Below are positions 25,690 through 40,599 of a stretch of 64,000 nucleotides of DNA, in pieces. How positions within the stretch are numbered: position 1 is the stretch's first letter; each line of letters starts with the position of its first letter. Below the pieces are notes generated by a model. The model was not told where the DNA came from, made no database searches, and was given only the letters and a program-made list of their open reading frames with translations. Origin of the DNA: Octopus bimaculoides (lineage: Eukaryota); the NCBI RefSeq assembly GCF_001194135.2, contig NC_068988.1, positions 70,752,031 through 70,816,030 on the forward strand. Reading direction: 5' to 3'. Both the position numbers and the translations under genes were made by a program.

Positions 25690-27010
25690 GTAATATTTTT
25701 ATCGATACGTTGTCTTGTTACAGGAACCCACATAATATATATTTTCATCTACCACTATATACCTATAACATTCCTCATCAGATGTAGGGAAACAGTTAAG
25801 TCATTGGTAGAGTTGATGGAGATGTTACTAGTCTGGTTTACAGTTTTCCCTCTTTTGACAACCATATAGCAACATTTATCCGGACCAGATTCCAGCCCTA
25901 TATACTTTGAGAATGTTGTAACCAGGTCAAGGCTCTTTTTCAATTCATGCATATTCTTGACAAATAGTTTCAAGGCATCCACAAAGAAACAGTGTGTAAT
26001 TTTGTTATTTCTGTTTCCTTGTGAACCAGTGAGATATCGTTCAGACTTCCTTAACATGAATGACAAGGGGTTTACAGAAAGTATAAACAGCATCGCAGAG
26101 AGGCTGTCTCCTTAGAATATACCACTGTGATGTATTTTATCAGTGATAATACAACCACTCCTTAAATTTTACTTCAAAATGGTAGCCCACGATGAAACCA
26201 GATGAGCTATAGCTTTGACTAAACTCACTGGAAGTTTGGCAAGTCGAAGGGCTTCTAGCAGAATTAAAGGCTTTCTTGGAGTCCAGCCTCATTGACACTA
26301 AGTTCTTCTTATGCTCCCACACTCCTGACATTACAGTTTTGTTTATTAACAATTGTTCGGTACAACCCCCGATCCCCTTCTTCCCATGTGTTTGTTCTTC
26401 TCTGATTATACTATTACTTTCTCAATGGTTGTGGAGGAAGGATTTTAAACTTGTTGCATATATTTTATACATTAATTTCTGGCATGTGGGTGGTTCTGCT
26501 TTTGGGGGTCACTTTTGTCTCTGCCAGAGCTAAGCAGTGTGGTATGCTACTATTCCCACTGAGAGCTTGATAAGATATGGTCGGTAGAAGGTTAGATTTT
26601 TTACCTGTATCCAGTAATGAAGTCTACTCAAGGTGCATTTCCCTACTAAATTTTCTGGATTATAGTCACAATGGCATTACCATCAATGCTGTAATTCTTG
26701 TGTGTAATGCAGGGACATTTATAGCTTCGAATTTATATCAGCTATAGAGCGACTGGGTTAAATTCCATTTTTTCACTCCAGATATTCCTCCAGAAGGTGT
26801 CTTTCTCTTCTCATAAAGGACTTTCTATGATATTTACTGATTCTCCTCTCATGTCTCTGTACAATACTACCTGGTCCCTGTTAAATTCTATGTTGTTTTT
26901 CTTTCTCCTCTGATGTCAGAGTTTCTCACTGACAGATTTTAGCTCCTGCTAGAGGGTTATCAGTTCGCATTTGAGTATTCTCTTTTTGCTATCTACAAAC
27001 ATCACTTCTA
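25690..27010 (-). mobile_element. R4/Dong-like LINE RT remnant
   Basis: MLINKTVM...RLDSKKAFNSA; LFILSVNPLSFML; ITHCFFVDALKLF; IGLESGPDKC. Confidence 0.8.
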
Positions 27011-28799
27011 TCTCCTTCACTTTTTCTTAGCGTGACGTATAGTGATTTGCTCGTTTGCAAGCAACAAGCAACGTCACACGGCTGATAGTTTCACGTAATT
27101 CAGCTAAATTTTTCTGTCTTCACAATCTCATAGTAGCACTTTCTTCGTTGTTTCGGTTTTGTTTACTGTTCAGTATCGTTCATGTATGTGTGTATGGATG
27201 GATGATGGACGGACGGATGGATAGATGCACTGCTAACGTGTAATATGTAAGCCAGTACAACTTATGGTTTTCGTTGGACACCCTACAGGACGAATAAGAA
27301 AAGCTGTTAAAGAGTGGATGAACTAATTCAGTAGAATGGCTATCCAACCGCTGGGAGTGAGTCATCCCCTACCCTTGGTTGTTTCATTTCTCAAGAAGGC
27401 AAATTTGGTATGACACCTGCGACCTTTTTACACCAAATGATTTAGAGTAGTTCTTTTTTAGAAAATGTATACGTTATTTAAAGAGTGGTGTTTCCTCATT
27501 TTCAAAACCTAATTTTTAACATCTATATTATGTATCGCATATTATGTCTATCCGTAACCGGAAAAGCAAAACATTCAATGAAAAGTTCCTTAATAGAATG
27601 CCGACATGTGTCAGTGTGTATAATAGACTCTTTGTACACCTGCCGCAAGAGGCATCCATCGTTGGTAAATCTCTGCAAAACAGTGTAGGTCCCTAGCAGA
27701 AATGAAAAGCCAGATTTGTGCTAGGCATTTTTTGAGAGAAGAATCAAATTACGGCAATACTTAGAATCGAATAGCAGCCATTATTTATGAATGTATGGGC
27801 ACACACAGACACACAGACAACACACACACAAACACACACATCATATAAACAGTTTCACTTCATGAGAGAGATGGGTTTTTTCATCATTTAATCTCGGTTA
27901 TTTCAAACCATAGCAATGAAAGCTGTTACGACTGCAGTAAGTACAGTAGTTGTGTATGTAATATATAGTAGAATGATTTCTTGCAAACATGTTTCCACTG
28001 ATGTCGTATGAATGACTTCTTGGAAATATAAAAACCTATTCGTAGCCTGAAGTAGGGAATTAATGAATTATATGCAAGTACTTGAACACGTATGCTTTTG
28101 TTTGGAAATGTTTAGTCTTATTGAAGATACTTGTCAAATATGTCTTCACTCATGTTATTTTGTTCCAATTTAAGGAAACTAAAGACCAATCTGTTCAATG
28201 AGACGTACATGTACAACACGAATAGTAATACAAAATGTCCAGTATTCTTGTTTTCGTGGAAGAATTGTAAACGAACACGCATTTATGTATACATTTTTAT
28301 AAATGTAGACATGTATACTTATATCAATATTTATACAATATTATATATATATATATTATATTAATATTAAATACGTGCCCCAAAAAATCGCATGACTCTA
28401 CCGCGACGTATCATTTGATGAAAGGATGAGCATATATCCTAGATCCGCTGCAGTCGATTTTACCAGTCGGTTTCATGCTCAAGAACTTAAGAAAACTAAT
28501 CTCAGCATTCATCACTTAGGTTGGTTGAATTTTTACCACAGGAGGTTAGACATTATCACATCCAATTCAAAAATATCGTACAAAATTGACAGAAAATACG
28601 TGGAAGAAACTCAGAAGACAGCTTTCTTTTGTTATTCTCCTTCAATAAGGATGAGCCAGGGACATCCAGTTTTGTGAAGTAATTACCTGTGGAGTGGCAG
28701 TGCACTGGCGTGAATGTGAGTTAGGGTTGGTTGATGAGTTTACCGAAGCAACGGTGCATGTTCATTAAACAGCCAGTGCAAGACAGAGAAACATGTAAG

Positions 28800-30540
28800 G
28801 GGTCGGCGATATCAAATGATACCAGAACATGCGAAAGTATGTGGGTACGAGAGAAAGTCCCGTCAAGGATAGATTTAACAACTACAAATCCTCCTTTAAT
28901 ATCCAGAAAAATATGTATGTCACAGCCTTCGCAGAGCACATATGGTCATTGAAATAAAGCACCACAGTAAAGATTAGAGTTGAGAGTACTGGAGATGTGC
29001 GCAACGTACTTCAATAGTAATAGGAGACGCTGGTTCTTTTTGGGGCAGAGAACTCTATTAAATTGGCTTTCACGTCGTCTCACATGTGAGATTAAGGGAA
29101 CAACTTCAGGATTGCCTGAAAGGAAGAGTCATACCTAACTGGATAGCGAGAGGGAGAACAGTACTCTCTCTTTATGAAAGACAAAATCAAGGGAGATATA
29201 GCTAATAAGGTTACTAGTTGTAACCCGATGTTAGGAACTTTTTCCAGTAGCCTAATCTGACGTGTGACATTGACATGGAATTTAAGATTCCATATGAAAA
29301 GAGGGAATAAGGTAGCCGGTAGTGGATTGCTGGCTACCTTCGAGAAAAACCATGGCGGGACCAAAGGATATTGGTGACTTTAGAACTGGGTGGTATTTTA
29401 CATACAGAAATGAAAGAAAGGTTAAAAGAAACATGTTCAAGAAGAGTAAAACTGATTTTAAAGTCCCACCCGAATGCGAGAAATCTAGCCAATACAGTGA
29501 AATACCCGGGCAGTTGCAATGATGCGATAAGGTCTATCCATTCTCAGGTTTACTGAAGAAGAAATATCAATGCTGGATAGAAAGACAAGAAAGTTATTTA
29601 AATTGTACGGAGAGTTGCAACTTAAAACGAATATAAATGGACTGTGCATGAAGAGAAAGAACGGTAGTAGAGGTATTCGTGAGTGTAGATTACAGTATAA
29701 GGATTGATGGGAAAATGCTTGCAGGATATTTGGTAAACAGTGACGAAAAGTTGTTGCATCATGCACTGAAGATATAATTATAAATTTAGATAAATTGTTC
29801 AATAAGAAAATTTTAACCAGAGCAAAAGAGAAAGAAGAAATCTTCTGGAAATGAGATTGCAAGATCAATTTGAAAGAAATACACAGACATTAATGATAAA
29901 ACAACATCATGGATATGACTTGAGCAAAGCCATTTGAAGCATACCACTGAAAGACTAATAATCGCAGAACAATACCAAACATTTCCAACTTATTCGATGA
30001 AATATAACAGCTACTAAACTTTTGAAACCAGAAATATACTCTGTGAAAAGAATGTCGAAAATATAACCCACTTGGTAATTTGAAGTGAGAGACTGGCACA
30101 AAAAGAATACAAGCATCACCATGTTAAAGCCTGCTTGTAACTCATTGGGGTTTATGTCGTAAATATCAATATGTAATGAAAAAGAATTGGTATAAGCGCG
30201 TGCCTGGTAAAGGACTACAGGTGGACGATATTCTGAGATTATGGATTGCTGACTGATAGAGTAATTGAGCATCTGTCAGATAATTAACGTAGAGATAGAA
30301 AATGACGAAATTATTGCGAGTAAAGACGTTGAAAAGATCACCAAGTGGATGTGACAAGAGCGTTTGGAGTGAGAGAACGTAATGTAAAAGTGAAACTAGT
30401 TCTGATTGGAGCATTAGGGTCAATGCCATGGAAATTTCAAGGCTGCTTAGAACGGTTGGAAATACCATGTAAGATTGGTGTCATAAAAATAACCAGCCTT
30501 GCTAGGTACTGCGCATATTTTAGTCAGAGTATTATCTTAG
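28800..30540 (+). mobile_element. R4/Dong-like LINE remnant with internal deletions
   Basis: IPNWIARGRTVL, DIDMEF, LDRKTRKL, LIIAEQ, VLIGALG (REL C-terminus). Confidence 0.75.
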
Positions 30541-31011
30541 TTCTCTGTTGTGACTTGACAGACGACTAAATACTCTGGTGCATTTTTTGTCTGCAATGCA
30601 TGAAAAAGTAGTACCAAGCAGTAGCTCACATGGTTTCTTATCTTAATTGGAAGTGTAATTCACGTGCATGTTTTGTCTTGGTGTGAAATATTCTGTTCAA
30701 TACTGCAATATCACAGATTTACTTGTAATTTGCTTTACCTTACCCAGTTGAGCTGGTGACTGACAATATGTGCATCTCTGATTACAAGCAAAAGTAGTGG
30801 AGTTGGATCATCATAACTATCTGCCAGGCCATGCACTGTTTATCTTCATATAAGGCCACCATGTCGTGCACATATGGTTGTGATACATGTGCCTCATTTA
30901 ACCTTAATAGATGGGTGGTTGCAATAGATATATTAGGCTTCGTATATTTGTAACCTAGTGTCGCTATGATGGCATGTGCTACTTACTCAATAATAAAAAA
31001 ATGAATATGGT

Positions 31012-31387
31012 TTCGAGTTTTGCCACAAGGGCACTCATTTTAGAAGAGGGGATGTGTCGATTATATTGATCTCATTGTTCAACTGGTACTTAATTTATCG
31101 ACCCCGAAAGGATAAAAGGCAAAGTCGGCCTCGGCGGAATTTGAACTCAGAACTTAGTGACCGACGAAATACCACTAAGCCTTTCGCCCAGTGTGCTGAT
31201 ATAACAACAATAACAGCGATAATAATAATCTTTTCTACTCTAGGCCAGATAGACCCCTGTACGCAACTGGTACTTTATTTATCGACTCCGTAAGGATGAA
31301 AGCCAAAGTCGACTTTTGCGGAATTTGAACTCAGAGCGTAAGACAGATGAAATACCGTTAAGCATTTTCGCCCGGCGTGCTAACGTT
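31012..31387 (-). mobile_element. Two tandem SINE family B copies (31012-31197, 31232-31387)
   Basis: Both carry TTTATCGACCCCG/CTCCG...GGATRAAAG...GGAATTTGAACTCAGA. Confidence 0.85.
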
Positions 31388-34300
31388 TCTGCCAACTAGC
31401 CGCCTTTACAATAACAGCAATAATGACGATGATGTTATTGCTTGTTGTTGTTTATCGCCAGGACTAGATATGACGCGAACATTCTGTGAGTCATTGACTT
31501 GTTTTCATTGTTATAAGTCTATTTTTGTCTCCTTTTTTTTTTTTTGTTTCATGGTGTCTCTTATTTTAAGCAGACCCTCAAGTTATGGCCATCTGCCCTA
31601 ACGGGAGAAGAAGAAGGGATTTCTTTTCGAAATACTGTTTAGAATTTCAATATATAGAGCCTTGTTCGCGAAAGGAAAGAGAATGGTGGGATGTAGTTCT
31701 GAAGGTGAAATTGCCTTTCACAGTCAACATTACCTAGCTGAAGTAACAAACGTGGAAAGATGTACTAGCAGCAGAATCAACATGAACAACAACAACAATA
31801 AGAACAATATTATTGCCACCAACACCGACAAAAATATGCATGCCAAAACATCTGAAAACAGCTTCCCCGGTACCACGACCGCCATCGCAAAAGCCCACAA
31901 AAGCAACGACAAAAATGAACAAGAAAATCGGGAAAAAGAAAAACGAAATTCTTCACACCTAACACGTGCAAATTCAACCACTACCACCATTAATGCCAAC
32001 AGAGTCGCTGAAAATTACAAAAATACACAAATCAACCATTTATGTTCTGCAGCTGCATGTGTCAAACAGAAGAAAATAAGAATCTGGTGATGGACGATTT
32101 AAGAAATTCCAGAAGCATATTAAAAAGAAATGGAAGAAAAGTAAGACTTAACACTCCTGAAGCCATTGTACAGGATACACTGTGAAAAACAATAATATAT
32201 AAAACAATAGAAATAAAGAGTCGTAGATCAGATCTACACTGCAACAGATTGAAAAGTGTCTACGTCCAGTGTGAGACAGAAAAAGCTTACGTTACAAGAA
32301 GGAAGAGATATGGCACTGTAGATGTGTGATTTACCACAGGGGAGGAGGAGAGGAAACACTCCATCTCAGATTTGTGAACAATAACGTAGAGAATTGGGTT
32401 TCTTCTTTAGAAATCCAACTCTAGAAACTTCGGCCGAATATCATACGCATTCTTGCGATTGATTCTAATACAGGAACACAATTGAAGTAACTGCAATAGA
32501 AAAGGTTCTAGTTTGTATCACTTTATATGTCTGTGTGTGTATATATACTTACATACACAGATGCACACGTACGCGCATGCACACACAGGAGCAGGTGGAC
32601 ACGTGTGAGTTTGTTGGATATAAAGATTACCCTCTGGTATTACTACTGCTTCCGTCACTAATAATTAATAATTAATAATCCTGGTGGCTATTTTCGATTT
32701 TCAGCTTCTGAAAGGATGCTGAAATTCTGTATATCGAAGTATTTGACTGGCGTTCGGTGAGTGGTGCTTTTCACTGAGATCCCATAGACCGAAATCACGT
32801 GTTATTGAAATTCCTGTACCCATGACAGAGGAATTTCTTCTGCTACGATCTATGTGTGGGCTTTCACTCGCCAAGCGCATATATGAGAGTATCTCTCAAG
32901 GCTGATAATGTAGTATTCGGTGTTCAAACAAGGCATCTATGTTAAGTTGAATATAAAAATTACCTTTTGGTACTAATACTTCTTGATTCCGACATCAATT
33001 CCTCATATATGTGTGTGTGTATCTTTATGTGTAAGTGTGTGTATGCATGTATATATTTATACATATGTGTATATCTATCTATTTATATATATATATATAT
33101 NNNNNNNNNNNNNNNNNNNNNNNNNNNNNNNNNNNNNNNNNNNNNNNNNNTATATATGTATATATATAATTACAAACTCATTTGCACGTACATAATTTTA
33201 AAACTTGTATGTTCTTCTATTAGCTTGAGTGCGTGTGTATGCGTGGGTGCGAATGTGTGTGTGCGCACGTGTAATAAGACTGAGCGTGACAGAGACAAGT
33301 CTTTCTTTTGTTTTCTTTAAGTGATGTTGAACAAAAAATTCAAGTAAATAATTCTTTCAAGTAGTTACGAATGTAATTTAATGAATGTTGTGAAGTGAAC
33401 CGTGAAATTACTGATTCATACTTGAATTGAATAAATATGTCTCCCCTGCCTACGAATTGAGAAGTGGGCATCTGGTAGAAATTAAAATAACTATTTATTC
33501 ACGATTTTTTGTTGTTGCTTTTTGTTTTTTTATTGCTTAAGACAATCGAAAATAATTGAATTGCTAAAAGCATTTATTGAGCTTTCTAGTAAGTCTTTTG
33601 TTTAAATATTCAATTATTTCTGATTCTCAGACGAATTCAGACCCCATTAGTGATACGTTAACTCTTTCATAATTTAGATGCAGTATTAAAAACATTATGT
33701 TGGTTATCAAATACACGGTTGATGAAATTTAACCTTAGCTTCAAAATTCTTTACGATTGTTCATTCCCACATCAGTTTGTATGCTTGTAGCTATTGAAAT
33801 TCTGAATGGGTCACTGCAAAGTCAACGTAGTACTGACAGTTGTTGGATAGAAAAATATTAGTGTTTAATCCAGAGTATTGGATTTCTAACTAGAGATAGC
33901 AAGTTAGAAATGGGGAGGCGTGTGATTTGAATGGAAAGGCGGATATGTTAAGTCATTTGATGCATATGATTTACAGAGGGCTAAAACAACTGGATACTGA
34001 TTAACACATACAAAGATACAACCGTAAGTCTAATAAAACCGGAAGTAAATATAGTGACATCGTGTTACTTAAATATTCCTAGTTGCAAGTAAGTGCTAAA
34101 GAGTAATTCTACATCCCAATATAAACATAGATAGCCTGTTAAACATAGATAGCCCGAATGCATGTTTCATTAACTTGCATTAGCTTACTGATTAGTTTAA
34201 TTTCAAATTTAAATCTAGAAACTGATAAGTTTTGTCAAGCTTGTTTAAACAACTTACATGAAAACGTTGAGTTCAGTATTGTACCCTAACACCTAAGAAA

Positions 34301-34402
34301 TCATGTGACTTGTATATACATGATTTTCATTAAATTTTCACAACCACACTTAATTTACTTAAGAATACCAAAGCGTAGAATAAAAGTATTGTCAATTGGC
34401 GC

Positions 34403-34785
34403 TGTTGTTGGCACTCCGTCGCTTACGACGTCGAGGGTTCCAGTTGATCCGATCAACGGAACGGCCTGCTCGTGAAATTAACGTGCAAGTGGCTGAGCAC
34501 TCCACAGACACGTGTACCCTTAACGTAGTTCTCGGGGATATTCAGCGTGACACAGTGTGACAAGGCTGACCCTTTGAATTACAGGCACAACAGAAACAGG
34601 AAGTAAGAGTGAGAGAAAGTTGTGGTGAAAGAGTGCAGCAGGGTTCACCACCATTCCCTGCCAGAGCCACGTGGAGCTTTAGGTGTTTTCGCTCAATAAA
34701 CACTCACAACGCCCGGTCTGGGAATCGAAACCGCGATCCTATAACTGCGAGTCCGCTGCCCTAACCACTGGGCCATTGCGCCTCC
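34403..34785 (-). mobile_element. Full-length tRNA-derived SINE family C with 11-bp TSD
   Basis: Head with A box TGGCCCAGTGG and B box GGTTTCGATTCCC; short (CAA)n tail; TCAATTGGCGC repeated at 34392-34402 and 34786-34796. Confidence 0.9.
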
Positions 34786-35232
34786 TCAATTGGCGCAATA
34801 AGAGATTATACACCTGTTAGAAAGGCTAAAAACCTATAATGACAACGTTGTTATAAACTATGATTATATTTTTCAGCATGTTTCCAGATGTAAAATATTC
34901 AAGATTACGATATTGCTTATATCTAAGTCACATATAAAATCCCTAACATGATTCATGATTCATGATTTATTATGAGAACAAAATTTTAATTTTGTTCTCA
35001 TAATGATGAATTAGTTAGTTGTTAAACAATTGACAGCAGTTAAGGCTTAAAATTATTGAATGAATTTGAACACAGCAAGAAAACGCACACTTCACAAGCA
35101 AGATTTGCAGTGAAATACAGCATGGATCACTGTAATCACTTCCAATTTTCTGTGGTAAAGTTCAATATCAGGATATCCTATGTAAAAGACTATTGTAGAT
35201 AATTTCGGACCATATACCACAATTTTGTTGGT

Positions 35233-35233
<1 letters not shown>

Positions 35234-35324
<91 letters not shown>

Positions 35325-35339
35325 ACTCTTTGTTTTATA

Positions 35340-35375
<36 letters not shown>
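35234..35375 (+). repeat. (CT)n and (TA)n microsatellites
   Basis: Direct inspection. Confidence 0.95.
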
Positions 35376-35376
<1 letters not shown>

Positions 35377-35659
35377 ATGATATTAATACGCTCAGTTTTG
35401 TTTGTTTTTGTACGTACCTGTGGTGTATGTCACATTTCAAAGTAAGAAGTGAATGACAACGCGAGAGAGTGGAGAACAGGGAGGAAGTAAGAGAGAGTGA
35501 AAGAGACAGTGAGTGGTGATGGCGTTCGTTTTGTGTTTTTAAATGTTTATCACATCGCAAGAAAAGTAGATGCATAGATCGAAAGAAAAGTTGATACATA
35601 GATGCATAAACACAGCAAATATTGGATGACACTTTCATATTTCATTACCACACTAGAAT

Positions 35660-36122
35660 AAAATTAACTCGCAAGTGGTTGAGTATTCCACAGACATGCA
35701 TATAATTAACGTAGTTCTCAGAGAGATTCAGTCTCACACAAAATATGACAAGACTGACCCCTTTGAATTACAGCTACAACTCATTTTTGCCAGCTGTATG
35801 AACTGCAGGAAGGTGAAATAAAGTACCTTCTTGTTTATCTGATCATCGGAACAGTCTGCTCGTAAAATTAACGCCTCAAGTGGCTGAATACTCCACAGAC
35901 ATACATACCATAACGTAGTTCTCAGGGAGATTCAGCCTCACGTAGAATGTGACAAGGCTAGCCCCTTTTAATTACAGCTACAACTCATTTTTGCCAGCTG
36001 GGTGGACTGCAGCAAAGTGAAATAGAGTACCTTGTTCAAAACACAGCGCTCCGCAAGGAATCGTACTCATGACTTTACGATTGTTGGCCGAATACCCCTA
36101 ACCACTGAACCACGCACTTTCA
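35660..36122 (-). mobile_element. Diverged SINE related to family C, with tandem partial body duplication
   Basis: AATTAAC..CAAGTGG.TGA.TA.TCCACAGAC...AACGTAGTTCTC occurs twice and matches 34480-34570; tRNA-like head at 36050-36120. Confidence 0.7.
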
Positions 36123-36635
36123 CTCTCTTAACCGTAGAGAAAAGGAGTGAAACGATACAGACAGAGAAAGGAAAGCCTCAGTCATTTACAATGGCAATTA
36201 GACTGAAATACGATCAATCTTTTCTAGCTTCTTTAATTTTAACAATGAAGAAGCGGGAAATACATTTAGTAATAAATAGAAAGAAAGTCTTTAAGGTGTT
36301 TATGGATTCCATGGTAATGTGGAATATATTTGGTCTGTCCTTTCTAACCCAGTACTTTCTCTCAAATTCAATAATGGATTGTCTGTTAAGATAATATTTA
36401 CTTCATCCTTTCAAAGATTGAAATTTTTCACACCAAATAACAGCGCCTTATTGATGCAAAATAGTTAGAAGCATAAGAGTTAGAGGCACCTAATTGAATA
36501 AATTTAATTTGCCTTCTATCGCTAATTCTGGTGAAATAAGCAGTTACATCGTATAAGCTAGACCATAAGTTAAGTTTTATAGTACTCTTAAGTGAGGAAG
36601 TGAGGGCATGTGCTTATCAATGACATGCTTACTAA

Positions 36636-36694
<59 letters not shown>

Positions 36695-37829
36695 NNNNNN
36701 NNNNNNNNNNNNNNNNNNNNNNNNNNNNNNNNNNNNNNNNNNNNNNNNNNNNNNNNNNNNNNNNNNNNNNNNNNNNNNNNNNNNNNNNNNNNNNNNNNNN
36801 NNNNNNNNNNNNNNNNNNNNNNNNNNNNNNNNNNNNNNNNNNNNNNNNNNNNNNNNNNNNNNNNCTCAGAACATAAAGTCGAAAGAAATGCTGCTAAACA
36901 TTTTGCTCGACGAAATAATTATTCTACAATCTACCGACTTCCAAGATAACCAATATTAACCAACTGAAATAATCTTTGTTCATTTCCGACCAACTATACA
37001 TACCCAAACAGTGAATAGAATTTATTGATTAATGGCGATCTTTTTAAACTTATTTAACGTGATTTCACGTAAATACGAATAATTCGTAATGACTTAGCTT
37101 TCCGAATCCTACCAAACGCCAGCATTTGTCTTGCGTTGATGCAGCTCTGACTTCGCTGGAATTGTTGTTTGCTTGTCGAACCTAAGCCATCGTTTCTTCT
37201 GCTTCATTTTCAAGAAGACACCGTTTTTCATCGCAGGGAACGACGCGGTACAAAAATATCTTTGTTTCCTCGAGTAGTTGGTTCTTCAAGTATTTTACTT
37301 CGAAGCCCTTAAACCTTTTTTCTTTCAATATCTATGATAGTTATCCAAGATACACACACGCACACGCACGCACACACACACGCACACTCACACTCACACT
37401 CACACTCACTCTCACACATACACACTCACTCTCTCTCACACACACACACATGTATATATAATTGACAGTGATTTCGAAGTTCCAGCCTCCATGGCTCAGT
37501 TGGTCGAAACTTCGCAGTCACTGTCAATAATAGCCTTGTTTAAGAATAATAAAGTCGTTCTCTGCAAAAGTATAGAGCAAATCATCAGATTAATATAAAA
37601 CTGTTTTTATTATAACAGAACATAAAAACAAAGTCTAACATACATATGTATGCATGGATGCACGTACGTTTGTATATTCATACTTACACACACTCGTGTG
37701 TGTGTGAGTGCAGGCGTACGAACGTGTGTTTATCAGAAAATGGCTTGGTCTTCCAAAACCACTAAATAAACTGTACTATATGGTAAACCCATGCTGCAAC
37801 TACGGATAACATCAATCGCCGAAGAATAT

Positions 37830-38937
37830 AAGGCATGAAACGAAGGACAGTAATGATGCTAAGGTATTTGAAAGATCAGAACATCCAAGAAAACCCTCCA
37901 AAGGTACGAACAGGGAGGAGGTGGAAAGCGGAAGAGGCAGTAAACAGGGCATTCGGAAAGCTAAGGCATGCCGATATATTCGGAGCGATGCAAGAAGCAA
38001 GAGCCTGTCTAGAGTTGCACAATTTCAAGCCATTTTGTAAAAGACATGAAATAAGTGAGAAAGGAGGAAGAAGAAAGGCGAAATGTACATTTGGTGCAAT
38101 GTAATCAACTAGGAGAGTGCATGAGATTGGAGGAATATGTAGTCAGTCGTAGAATATCATGGAAGGGACTTTGGGCTTGGGAACAAGCAAGAACATACTT
38201 CCTGATCAAGTCTATCTTCGACGTTTTACTTTCACCGGCGAACAACTGATGAATGTAGATGCGGAAAGAAAGTGACGGTGAGACATGTTCTGTCAATCTG
38301 CAGGCTAAGACTAGACAGATATACATGACTTCACAATCAAGTCATCGGTGTCATAGGCGCAGAACTCATTGAGAAGATCGAGGGATATATTAGGGGAGAA
38401 TGCTCAAAAGCGGAAAAGCGCGGAAAAATATACTTCCAGAAGGTGGTAAAAGGACATAAGGCCAGGCCTTGAAATAAAATATACGAAACAGACGAAAGAT
38501 GGAAGCGATACTGGAAGCTGGCCGCGGATTTGGGAAAACTGTTAATATTTCCACTCATAAACACATCAAAAAGACCGGACTTAATCCTATGAAACACAGA
38601 ACGGAAAATTGGAATTTTGCTAGAGTTGACAGTGCCATGGGAAGAGAACATCGCTAATGCAGAGCAACGGAAGAAGAAGAGGTATGAGAGACTAATCGAA
38701 GAGTGCGGAGAACATGGATGGACTGTCGAGTATTACCACCTGGCTGTGGGGGCTAGAGGCTTCATTGAAAGTAAAATGATGACGTTATTTAAAAGAAGGT
38801 TTGCATTTTCGAGCTCAGAGCTGGGAAAAGTAATAAGGAGGATACAGGAACCAATCGAAAAAGCCAGCTTCTATATATGGCTGAAGCGAGAAGACCCAAA
38901 ATGGTCTGAAAGCCTTAACGTGCCGACTGGAAAATAG
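37830..38937 (+). mobile_element. HERO-like (R2-superfamily, REL endonuclease) retrotransposon, 5'-truncated
   Basis: GRRWKAEEAV..LRHADI; SWKGLWAWE..FLIKSIFDVLLSPANN; CRCG...HVLSIC...HNQV; RPDL; LELTVPWEENI...KRYERL...VGARGF. Confidence 0.85.
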
Positions 38938-40279
38938 CATCGCTAGGTGAGGCTGGCTGCCACTTAAGCATCATCGCTGATTGACAGGTTGGTCAAGATA
39001 GCGATCTAGTTCATAGCGCGCCCTCCTCCTGGTTCGAAGGTTTGTACCACCAAACAGCTAGTCGGCTCTGGCAGCTGGAACTGAAATTAACGACACTGCT
39101 GGTAGGCAGATTTAGAGAAGGCACGGACTAAAACTGCGTGCCCTTCCCCTCCGTTGGTCAGTTGAAGCTTAGACATTGTCACGTGACAGCTGGTGCTGGC
39201 TGCTGGAGCATACCGGCGAGTATTTAAATGGAAATTTGGCGGTATGGTCAGTCACCCGCTGACATTCATTGACACCGCATTGAAGAAACCAAAGAACAAT
39301 AGAAAAAAGGAGAAGGAAGAAACCCACTTAACATCAGAGCTGAAGACACCGAAAGGAAGTGGGGACGTCACATCGAAAACGGTGGAAGAGTAGGGGCTGA
39401 AACCGGACTTGGTTCCTCCTGATAATGTCTTTAGCCACTGGATCCGATAAAGGAGCTGTTGAGGTAGCGAACGACGAAACGTGGTTGGAATTCCTCCTTC
39501 CTCCCATTCCTCCCTACCGAGTAAACATATGTAAAATAATACAGTTAGCTTCTAAATTTTTGTTTATAAACTATAAACTATTTCGAGTCAGAATTCAATG
39601 GGTTTCAGTTTTCGTTTCCATAATACAAACGGCAGTAATTTGTTCGCCGGACTATTCTAGCATAACAAAACAGTTATAGGAATACTCCAGGTAATTTTGC
39701 TTTTTTGCCTTATTTCCCACTGCAGCTATTTTTCAGTAATGGAATCTTCATCAAATATTGACATATCATTTCAATTTCCTGTCTATCCTCACTGTACGAT
39801 TCCTAATTGTATTGATTATTCTACATCTCAATTTGATCGATATTATTAAGAAATTCTCATGTTCTACATGCATAAGTTGTTTCAATAATACATCTGATGT
39901 TTATACATCTGATGTTTATACATCTATTAGTCAATAATAATGCAACAATAATTACCTTGTAGCGAGTTGTCTATGATTTAATGTGATGAGAAGTGGATTA
40001 TGCACACGCAATAATTACGTAGATATGTAAAATGTAATGATACATTATGTATAGTGTTGTCATACAGTCTAATGTCTTCATCACCAACAGTATTGTTTCT
40101 TTCCAAAGACATACATAGTTCAATATGTCAATTCCTACTTCCATAGTGCTAAGCTAGAGACATAAATCTTCTCATTTGTAGAATGTCAGTATGTGACAGT
40201 CACTCTTTTGCTGAATTAAATTCGACCCTGAAAATTAAGAGTCGACATTTCAGTTCTACACTAGTTTATTACTCTAATC

Positions 40280-40599
40280 CAGAGGTTCTCAGACTTTTTG
40301 GGCTACCGCCACCCCCATGGCCACATAATACCCCTAGTGCCACCACCCCTATTTGTATGTATAGATAAATATTTTATATTTTACTAATTTATATATACCA
40401 TGTCTCATTTGATATTTAATATAATATATAATTTGTATACAATACTATAATACAATTATAATAAATTCATAGCGTCCCCCAATTCACTGCCTTCCTCCCA
40501 AAGCATCCTTTTTCTCTACCGTTCCCTTAGGCACCAGTGTCCACCTAGACCGTCTCAACGCCCACCGGGGTACGGTAGGACCCACTTTAAGAATCTATG
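40280..40599. mobile_element. hAT-type MITE
   Basis: Imperfect TIRs CAGAGGTTCTCAGAC / CTTTAAGAATCTATG; 8-bp flanks CTCTAATC and CTCTAAGT. Confidence 0.7.

Noticed and set aside
39015-39060. HDV-like ribozyme suggested by GCC-CTCCTCCT-GGT (also 1250-1262)
   Set aside because: No matching P1 or P2 strands found.
39450-39500. Hammerhead-like CUGUUGA...GACGAAAC in the HERO tail
   Set aside because: A6 missing, and stems I and III cannot both form.
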